NCBI GenBank assembly: GCA_951406725.2
Contig: OX597835.1
Span: forward strand, 20,150,001 to 20,214,000
DNA: 64,000 nucleotides
From: Octopus vulgaris
Taxonomy: Eukaryota
Direction of reading: 5' to 3'
Below the pieces are notes generated by a model. It ran no database searches. It was given only the letters and a program-made list of their open reading frames with translations, and was not told the origin of the DNA. The translations under genes were made by a program, and so were the position numbers. Shown piece after piece: positions 53,607-64,000 of this stretch. The first letter of the stretch is position 1. Every line of letters starts with the position of its first letter.

Positions 53607-53883
53607 AACAACAAACAAGATGAGGACAAATATTCGTTAAATATAAATAATGTAAATAATGTAATCTTCTATAAAGTTTAATAAAACTCTTAAGGAAAAT
53701 AAACAGGATGCCTTCGTGGATGATAGGAATAAATAGATAATTGAATTCATGTCAATTTTGTGAAAGTAGAGTGGATGTCATGAGAGTTGTTGGACTACAT
53801 ACATCTCGAGTTCTAGCTTCTCACATGAGGTGCTTATAGTGCCCAAGGGTAATAACTCTTCTTGTGAAAATTGGTACATTCTC

Positions 53884-54326
53884 GGATCTTTTCGGTTTGA
53901 ACGGGAGTTTTTCTAGCGGTGTCATATGAAATTGTCACCCATAATTATGACCCTAGTATCGATCTATTGCATTTCAATCTGTTTTAGCGTTAGGGTTAGT
54001 TCGGGTTACTTAGGATTAGGTTTAGGTCTAGGGGTGGGGGGATGGGTATCTTTTTTTCTTCACAAATGTAAATAAATCCAATCTGTTTCTTAAACGAGGG
54101 ACATATTCATACGGCACAGAATGTTTTTTTTTACCTCAATAGACGTCAGTAATGGTTGAAATTGAAGAAAAAACAACAACAAATATCTTACAAACTATAG
54201 AATTTTCTCAATAAAACCAAGAGAAAAAGATGTTTTATAAACACATTCTACTCGTATACGAAGTATAACAGTGTTTAGTTACGTGGAAATTATGTTAAAA
54301 AACTGCCGTCCAAACCGAAAATATCC
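53884..54326. mobile_element. MITE-like element with ~29-bp imperfect TIRs and internal TTAGGG-like repeats
   Basis: GGATCTTTTCGGTTTGAACGGGAGTTTTT (53884-53912) / AAAAACTGCCGTCCAAACCGAAAATATCC (54298-54326). Confidence 0.7.
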
Positions 54327-55041
54327 ACATTTTCTATAGGCGTTAAAATGCGTCTTAAGGATCTGAAGATCTTAGAAATGAGATCCATAATGAGAACTTG
54401 AAGTGAATATCATTACGAATTATACAAATATACGACACATCTACTAATTTTCTGTTCCTGTCACTACTCATCAACTACCCACCACCGCCTCGAACTCCCT
54501 TAGAGCAATACCAATCATCTTTATGTTTTTGTGGTCCTACAGTTTTACGCTGACGACATCCGCTTGTGGAAAAGCAGATCTACCCCATCCTAGTTCTCGG
54601 ACGATGCTCGCTAAAACCTCCAAATCCTTACTTAACAGGAATAGTGGTTTTAAATTATGCATAATTTCTACATTCTTTTATGTTTTCCTGGTGGCACACA
54701 TTTGTATGTCTGCGTGTGTATTTGCGTATGCTTACGTTAGGTTATTACGACAGAATTATGCAGACGGGAAAGAGATTTATACGATGTTCTGCTGTCATAT
54801 CTTACCACAAGCAATTGAAGAGGTAAATAGAAATAGCTACAATTATGAATTAACATCTGTTCATGATTTTCGTTCTATTAGACATTTGAGTCTATGTCTC
54901 TCAACGTTTCTGTGTCTCTTTCTTTTTAGGTTTGTTTCACTGTCTTCTTCCGTCTCTACATTCTTGTGGTGCATATATCTCTGTAAGTTGGTAAACTTCA
55001 CTTTCAGACACCCCCACACCCCCACGCATGCACACATACAC

Positions 55042-55084
<43 letters not shown>

Positions 55085-55187
55085 AAATATATGTATATAT
55101 TTGCAACTTTATTGTTGTTGACGTCAATGGTATATGAACTGTATTCATACAACACTGCACTCTCGCACGCACACAGACGCGCACACT

Positions 55188-55218
<31 letters not shown>

Positions 55219-55402
55219 TCATACACACACGTACGCATATACAGTATAGAATTAGGATCGGACACATGCACACACAATTACAGTTTATACTAAACAATAA
55301 GAATCTAAAAAATGTCTGATTGCTTATTTCGTTATTACAAGTCTCATAGAATATCTTATATCTCTGTCTCATAGTCATTCTCTGAGACTCTTTCTTTCAT
55401 TC

Positions 55403-55670
55403 TTTTATCTTTTACTTGCTCCAATCATTGGACTGCAGCCATGGTGATGTACTGCCTTGAAGAGTTTAATGTGAACGAATTGACCACAGTGCTTATTTTG
55501 CTTCCAGAATTGTACTTATTCAATCGGTCTTTATGCCGAATCGATGAGTTACGCGAAAGTGTAGAACCGGTTGTCAATCGGTGGTGTAAAGACACATGCG
55601 CACACATACATATATTCTACGGGGTTCTTTCAGTTTCCGTCTACAGAGCCCACTTACAGGCTTTCATCAA
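55403..55670 (-). mobile_element. SINE family A, old diverged copy
   Basis: Tail and body fragments align to family A. Confidence 0.55.
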
Positions 55671-56231
55671 CTCGATGTTTTACCACCCACAGACCTTTTT
55701 TATTTTTATTTTTCCTATTTCTCTTCCTTTCTAATCGCTCTTCATTCTTGTTTGTCTGTGTTTAAATGTGCTCAAAATTTCCTATATACTTTCTTATACC
55801 AAAAAAACAAAAATAAAAAGTCATTGCTGAGTCACACAATATCTCATACCTCTTATCACGTAAGCATTGAATTTCTGTCTCCTTCCCCGAAAGCTTATAC
55901 ATAACACTGCACATCTTACCTAGCACATTTCGCATTAGTTTTTTCCAGTTCTCATCTAAACCCCCAAGCTACCACATCTCGTTAACATTGTTCATCTCTC
56001 ATCTGAACTCCAGCTCCCAGTCCCAGCAAATATTCCATTAACAACTCTGTTACTTTTTAAAATTTTTTTATCTAAACCCTAAATCATCAATCCTTTTAAC
56101 ACCACTTGACACAACCGCTTTTTCCAACGATTCCTTATCACTTGTGATTGATAATCATGAATCCAAAGTTAACATTTTTAATGCCCTAAGTTTGATGAAC
56201 CAATTACTGTTCTCCTCCATTTTCTTATTTG

Positions 56232-56652
<421 letters not shown>

Positions 56653-56710
56653 ATGTGTTTGCGTGTGTATGTATATACAGACGGAGAGAAAAAGTTGGAG
56701 AGTGTGAGAA

Positions 56711-56741
<31 letters not shown>

Positions 56742-57296
56742 TTATATTCCTACACCTGAATTTTTGCAATACAATCTTTCAGACGGAAATACGGATTATA
56801 TTTGCATTTCTCACATTCTACCTGAAGCTATGTATACTACAAGCGAATGGAGATGGTGACAATTAGAAATTAACACCTGGTCCGAGACCTCAGTTCAAAA
56901 CAATCCTCATCTTCTATATTTCTCTCAATCTTTCTCTCTTTCTCTCTTTTAGCATCTCGGTCTATGATTGTTTTTCTTACGTTTATGTGTTTGCAATTCA
57001 CTGTCTATGACGTCATTGTGACAAAAATATTGCGTCTGAATTTGCCATATACATATATAAAGTCTAGCAAACAAAATTCAAGGCTATCACAAACACGCAT
57101 TTACGCACACACAGACACACACATACGCACACACCACATACAGCGTTCATACGATATACCGCGAAAAATACTTGACAGAATTATGAATAAAAAATCTATC
57201 AGGCCCTCTCCGTTTAATCTCATTTGACCTCTAGCGAACTCTTCCCTTCTTTCAAATAATGACGGCCATCTTCGATTTCTCTTTGCTATTAAATCG

Positions 57297-57510
57297 CTTC
57301 TTCTTCTTCTTCTTCTTCTTCTTCTTCTTCTTCTTCTTCTTCTTCTTCTTCTTCTTCTTCTTCTTCTTCTTCTTCTTCTTCTTCTTCTTCTTCATCTTCT
57401 TCTTCTTCTTCTCATTCTTCTTCTTCATCTTCTTCTTCTCCTTCTTCTTCTTCTTCTTCTTCTTCTTCTTCTTCGTCGTCGTCGTCTTCTTCTTCTTCTT
57501 TTCATTCTTC
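57297..57510. repeat. (TTC)n microsatellite, ~210 bp
   Basis: Direct reading. Confidence 0.95.
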
Positions 57511-57946
57511 AAATTTCCTTCCGTTTCTCGCCGAGAGCTTTCTGTACACCTAGATCATTGTATGCATTCCCAGATAACACACGCAAATTCACAGGAAAAA
57601 TATGTATTTAAAAAAATTAATAAATATATAAATTCATGAATGGATGTTATTTCAACAGCGATAATGCTCTTCTCTGTACATGAGTCGTTCCAGTTGACAC
57701 GATTTTTTGCACTTCCTGTAGGGATGGTAAGCTTGGTATGAATTTGAAATAGGTTTCAGTAACATTTTTTTTTTTATCATCCCTACACATCCTACAATGA
57801 CTTCAGATTCCACATTTTTTGAATTTCTATTAGCAAGTCTTTATATTTACTGATCTTGTCAAAATCTTTCTCCTGTATATTGTGATCGCAAGGAATACTC
57901 ATGTCAATTAATAAATACACCTTTTTAATCTTATTATTATTATTAC

Positions 57947-57995
<49 letters not shown>

Positions 57996-58005
57996 GTTGT
58001 TGTTG

Positions 58006-58058
<53 letters not shown>

Positions 58059-58069
58059 GTTATTATTAT

Positions 58070-58382
58070 GAGAGAGCAGTGCATGCCATCAAAGGGGGTA
58101 AAATATTCGAAGACCAATATACCCATCATGACTACCCGTCTGATAAGTGTACACTAGACATATGCATCACAACCATATGTGCGCCACATGGTGATCCCAT
58201 ATCAAGATAAACAGTACATGACATTGCAGGTGGGGTCCAGTTAGAATTTTCTTCATGTCGAGTAACCCATCTCTCTCAAAATGTCCCTGAATAAGGGTTG
58301 TTTAAGGATGATGAACAAAACACCCATGTTTCCAGAGGTGAATTATCCAAACCCCAAAGAATCCCTGCGGGATCGAGCAGAA

Positions 58383-58451
<69 letters not shown>

Positions 58452-58468
58452 CACCACCATCATCATCA

Positions 58469-58514
<46 letters not shown>

Positions 58515-58760
58515 AATATTCTTCAGGTCGAGTAGCCCATCTCTCTCAAAATGTCCCTGCATAAGTGTTCTTTAAGGATGTTGAAGGAAACAACCCCGTT
58601 TCCAGGGGTGATTTATTGAATCCCCAAAGAATTCCTCTCAATACATGGCTATGATGCTCCCCGCCTCACTACTTCAGCTTGTGATCAGAAATGTACATAT
58701 CGTCACCGGTTAAGTGACATGCCTAACGAATTAAGGTCAAGCAATTGACCACATTTACCT
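58070..58760 (-). mobile_element. Two overlapping pieces of one retroelement-like repeat embedded in (TTA)n tracts
   Basis: 58245-58365 is repeated at 58516-58635 (TTCTTCA.GTCGAGTA.CCCATCTCTCTCAAAATGTCCCTG). Both pieces abut (TTA)n. Confidence 0.5.
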
Positions 58761-58977
58761 CTTGCATAACCGTCGTTGCTTTGGTTTATACCATTTGTTT
58801 CACGCTGCACCCAGAGACTTCACCTAGCAGCAATTTGGATGTTTTACAAATAGATGCTTTTTTGTGTTTAGCAATGATTCAGCTTATGTGTAGAGGACCA
58901 GAATTTATTAAATTTATCTATATTACTAAGTTTTGCGAATCTTTAATTCAGTTTATCCGTTATAAAACGATAAACGT

Positions 58978-59307
58978 CGCCCTTTTTAGGCCTAGCCAGA
59001 CTCATGTGCCCGGTTTACCGGTTTCTGTGGCGTATGTGTTCCCCCCACCTGGACGGGACACCAGTCCATCGCAGCGTTACTCAAAATGCAGGAAAAATGA
59101 GTAAGAGAAAGTTGGGGGCGAAAGAGTACAACTGAGGTCGCCATCACACACTGCGAGAGCCTCGTGGTGTTTTCGCCCAATTAGGTGTTTTCGCTGAATT
59201 AGGTGTTTTCGCTCAATAAGCACACACAACGCCCGGTGTGGGAATCGAAACCGCGTTCCTCCGACCGCGAGTCCTCTGCCCTAACCACTGGGCCATTGCG
59301 CCTCCAC
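58978..59307 (-). mobile_element. SINE family B head with the alternative tail (as 16245-16548)
   Basis: Minus strand GTGGAGGCGCAATGGCCCAGTGGTTAGGGCAG head and CCCGTCCAGGTGGGGG tail. Confidence 0.8.
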
Positions 59308-60132
59308 TTATCAGTTATACCTGAATGTTAAACATAAAATGTATCGAATGCCTTTTTTATTTAAATATTAAACCGTTCTTTCAATAATTTCAGCGAAGTA
59401 CGATGGGATGCTTTGTTTGGGGGGAATCCAAAATAGCATTAAGTTTTGAGACGCATTGTAGGAACGCAATCACTAACTAAATGATGTGAACGTTTTAATT
59501 TCAACACTCAGTAGTTGCTATTATATTTCCTAGCCGTCATATCGTGTACTCATATTATGTTATATATCTCCTATGTTTTAGCTATGATATATTGGTTTCA
59601 TGATATATCGTAGTCATTATATATTGTAAATATCATAGATCGTGGCCCTTCCGTATTACTTTGATATAAATCTTAGCCATAACATTTTAATAATCGAGAG
59701 CCAATACCTTCTATAGAAGTACGTTAAAGCGTTTCTTTACCTTGATATTACAAAATAACCTGGACGCGGCTTTGCCTGTTATGATTGCAAGAGCTGTTAC
59801 GGTGAATGTTGTAGGAATAAAAAGGGCTACCATGTTCTGAATGTATATTAGGAATCATATTTCGAAATGCAACATTTATTTGGATGTGTAAAAAAAATAA
59901 TATTTACCGAGGGAATCTATAAACGGATGTTATTAATAAGTATGAACGCTTTATAGAGCAGGTCTTACAGAAGGAGAACGGATAAGGAATGAAATGGTGG
60001 ACAAACACTAAGGATGATTTATATTTTGAATAGCATTAACCTTGCAAGTTGACATGGCACCTGGCGATTGTTGCAGAATTAGAGTCACTTGAATAAGCCT
60101 CGGAGCATACGTGTGTACTTACATACTGACAT

Positions 60133-60186
<54 letters not shown>

Positions 60187-60204
60187 GTAGATATATAGAT
60201 ATAT

Positions 60205-60251
<47 letters not shown>

Positions 60252-60347
60252 TTATATATATATATATATGCATGCAAATATATATATATATATATGTATA
60301 CAAATATATATATATATAGATTACTAGATAGATAGATAGATAGATAT

Positions 60348-60390
<43 letters not shown>

Positions 60391-60501
60391 TATAGATGGA
60401 TAGTTAGATATACATGTTTGGGTGTGTGTACGTATGTATATGCGGTATTCAAGCTTCACCACAAATTTTGAGCTGAATTGTATGAGAGTATAATGTATCT
60501 C

Positions 60502-60552
<51 letters not shown>

Positions 60553-60821
60553 GTGTGCCCGTGCATGTGAGTATGTGCGTATTTGTGTGTTTATTCATGT
60601 ATATGTAGGAAAAAATGTAGCAACTGGTGAATAAGAAAGAAACATATCAAAATTATTGTTTTTAAATCAATTATACGCTTCAGTTTTAGCTTTAGACATT
60701 ATTGCTAATACTTCTTCATGTTTAAAACACTACACTCATATTTTCAAAGAATGGAAATACAACAACAACAACAAATACAACAACAACAACAGTAATAATA
60801 ATAATAATAATAATAATAATG

Positions 60822-60904
<83 letters not shown>

Positions 60905-61034
60905 CTAAACATGGAATTAATGTTTGGATGCGTTTTGAGGATACTTTATGCCTCAACAATATTATTGCGTGCATCCAATGTAATATCTGGTAGCTGTTAC
61001 AGAATCATTGGCAGATGAATAATATATATAAATA

Positions 61035-61134
<100 letters not shown>

Positions 61135-62074
61135 TATATATATATACATATATATATAGTATATATATATATATGTATGTATATGTATATATATATATAT
61201 ATATATGCTTTCATGTATTTTGTGTGAACTCGCGCGGCGTGTGTTAGGAGTGGTGTAAGAAAGTTTAATTGTTCACGTCAAGCCTACCATTGATCCTTAA
61301 TCTTATGGAGCCCTTTGTTAACAAATCTTGATGCTTCAAGGATTTCGTTCTTATCGGAACAACAAGAGCAACAACAATAATAAAGTAAAAGCATGGCAAA
61401 GGCTCTAAGTATTATTTCTGTTCCAACAACCTTATTGCATGCAAGTAATAATATCTGGCTGTTATTGGGAGATTATTGACATTTTAATCATTTATATATA
61501 CATATGTAACATCATATATTTCTTTGCATCAAATATATACACCTTACCCTTCTATAAGCTGAAAAATACCAATAAATATTTTGTTTATGCATATTGATAA
61601 TTTTGCTGTTGGATTGTTAATGGTGCCTTCATGTCCAACGATATTTTTGTGTGTTCTGCCTACGAAAACAATGCAACAAATATATGCTAATAAAGTCTTG
61701 ACATCTGATATAAGACGCATGGTAATTCTATACTGTATGCAATATAAAGTTCTAAGGATGCTGAGTATAAAATCTAATTTATAACTACACGCCTGATGCC
61801 AACAAAGAAAAATGATATTTAAAGAGTGTTCTTATGAGGAACTTCTACATAGTAAGATGATTCTGAATTCTCTGCGTCCTTTCAGTGGATTTGGGGGCAT
61901 TGTACTCTCAGATTGATTCTAATTCTTCGATTTATATAAATATCCGTTTTACGAAGAACTTGACTAGGGACTACTTCGTTGAGCTAAGGTCACAAAAAAA
62001 AGGGAGGATATTTATATGCTTACGTGCACAAATATAGACACACACATACACACATATATTCTTTTAAGCTTTAA

Positions 62075-62254
62075 TTCTTTTATTTGGTTCAGTCATTTGA
62101 CTGAGGCCATGCTGGAGCACCGCCTTTAGTCGAACAAATCGACCCCAGGACTTATTATTTGTAAGCACAGTACTTTTGTTGAAACGATAAGTTACGGGGG
62201 ACTGACACATACCAACATCGGTTGCAAAGCGATGGTGGGAGACAAACGCAGACG

Positions 62255-62260
<6 letters not shown>
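62075..62260 (-). mobile_element. SINE family A, 3' half
   Basis: TTCAGTCATTTGACTGAGGCCATGCTGGAGCACCGCC. Confidence 0.8.
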
Positions 62261-62285
<25 letters not shown>

Positions 62286-62424
62286 ACACACACAGAGGAA
62301 CATCTGAATGCTATTGCTAGTTTAACACCAGGCGGGGGCTACCCGACTTACTATTTGCTATACTTTACTTCTCTATATATTTCTTGAAATTTTATAACTA
62401 GACATGTTGCTTATGTATATATAT

Positions 62425-62575
62425 TTTTTTACTACCCACAAGGGGCTAAACACAGAGGGGACAAACAAGGACAGACAAAGCGATTAAGTCGATTTCATCG
62501 ACCCCATTGCGTAACTGGTACTTAATTTATCGACCCCGAAAGGATGAAAGGCAAAGTTGACCTTGGCGGAATTTG
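62425..62575 (-). mobile_element. SINE family C, 3' part
   Basis: Matches the family consensus. Confidence 0.8.
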
Positions 62576-62992
62576 CTTATGTATGTGTGTGTGGGGGGGG
62601 GGGACCGCAGAAATTCTTCCGACCGTCCGGTACAATATCGTCGGTCAGTCGATTTTCTTGGATGTGTTTTAGTAAAGACTACAGCTTTAATTAAGTATGC
62701 ACTGAGTTGCCTCTTTTAGGTATTTCCTCTATATTGCGACCAAAGAGCTACAAATGTGTCGGGGAATCCAACAGGCGGCAGAACTGGACAAATATCATGT
62801 TTTTACACCGTTTTTTAAAACCAAAACAGATTCGTTGCAGTTTAATTTGCCTTTGTCACAAACATTTTAACTAACCTAAATTTTGCTTCCACACACACAC
62901 GCTTACACGCACGCGCAAACACACATACCCGCAAACACACAAACACACACAAACGCACACACATACCCGCAAACACACAAACACACACAAAC

Positions 62993-63050
<58 letters not shown>

Positions 63051-63051
<1 letters not shown>

Positions 63052-63245
63052 CTCTTTTACTCGTTTCAGTCATTTGACTGTGGCCATGCTGGAGCACCGC
63101 CTTTAGTCGAGTAAATCGACCCCAGGACTTATTCTTTATAAGCCTAGTACTTATTCTATCGGTCTCTTTTGCCGAACCGCTAAGTTACGGGACGTAAACA
63201 CATCGGTTGTCAAACGATGTTGGGGAGACAAACATAGACTCACAA

Positions 63246-63298
<53 letters not shown>

Positions 63299-63462
63299 CC
63301 ACATGCTTCTTACAGTTTCCGTCTACCAAATCAACTCACAAAGCTTTGGTCGGCACAAGGTTATAATAGAAGACACTTGCTGAAGGTGCCACGCAGTGGG
63401 ACTGAACCCGGAACCATGTTGTTTGTAAGCAAGCTACTTACCACACAGCTACTCCTAAGCCT
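63051..63462 (-). mobile_element. SINE family A, full length
   Basis: Reverse complement of 6025-6459. Confidence 0.9.
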
Positions 63463-63667
63463 ATATATATATACACACAATAACTATGAGTCATCGGTTT
63501 GAGCTCATAGCATGGCATGTTCAGCAATTTTCTTCATAGATTATAAATTGAACTGTAATGGAGAACGCTCTACATAAGCCAATAAGATACACAGCATCTG
63601 TAATTCTAAATCTACAGCCTTTTCAGAAGCAGTGAATTGCAGATTCTTCGTGGTAAGAACTAGTTAT

Positions 63668-63906
63668 ACCTATTTCTTTATTACCCACGAAGGGCTAAAC
63701 ATAGAGGGGACAAGACATAGGGGACAGACATAGGTATTAAGTCGATTACATCGATCCCAGTGCGTAACTGGTACTTAATTTATCGAACCCGAAAGGATGA
63801 AAGGCAAAATCGACCTCGGCGGAATTTGAACTCAGAACGTAACGGTAGACGAAATACGGCTACGCATTTCGCCCGGTGTGCTAACGTTTCTGCCTGCTCG
63901 CCGCCT
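63668..63906 (-). mobile_element. SINE family C, full length
   Basis: Reverse complement of the family consensus. Confidence 0.88.
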
Positions 63907-64000
63907 TCGCCAACTCAAGAACCACTTATACTGCAATTCAGTTGTTCGGACCAGTGTCCACTCTTCGACGAAAGACTGGGATCCACGATGCGTATAAGAG

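Noticed and set aside
54523-55137. 204-aa ORF
   Set aside because: Runs through low-complexity and CA-repeat DNA, with no domain signature.

Overview
AT-rich, repeat-saturated eukaryotic non-coding DNA (intergenic or intronic). The SINE families and dense (TA)n/(CA)n/(TAA)n/(GATA)n microsatellites suggest a coleoid cephalopod (Octopus-like) genome; this is an inference. I found no intact host protein-coding gene, and almost all ORFs in the supplied track are microsatellite or SINE artefacts. The window holds many copies of three tRNA-derived SINE families and fossil fragments of a CR1/L2-group LINE, Penelope-like elements (RT and GIY-YIG), R4/Dong-type RLE retrotransposons in (TAA)n, mariner, a Tc1/mariner, a hAT, Helitron-like elements and MITE/hairpin elements. 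The standout is 25674-26820: a non-coding 360-bp unit present as 2.3 identical tandem copies plus an inverted copy. Each full unit carries a type I hammerhead-ribozyme motif (variant core CCGANGA, palindromic ACCAUGGU stem III, GUC cleavage triplet) on a long rod-like stem. It is a candidate young cephalopod non-LTR retrozyme or Penelope-mobilised circular-RNA element. Several shorter, decayed hammerhead motifs occur in other Penelope-type terminal repeats in the window.
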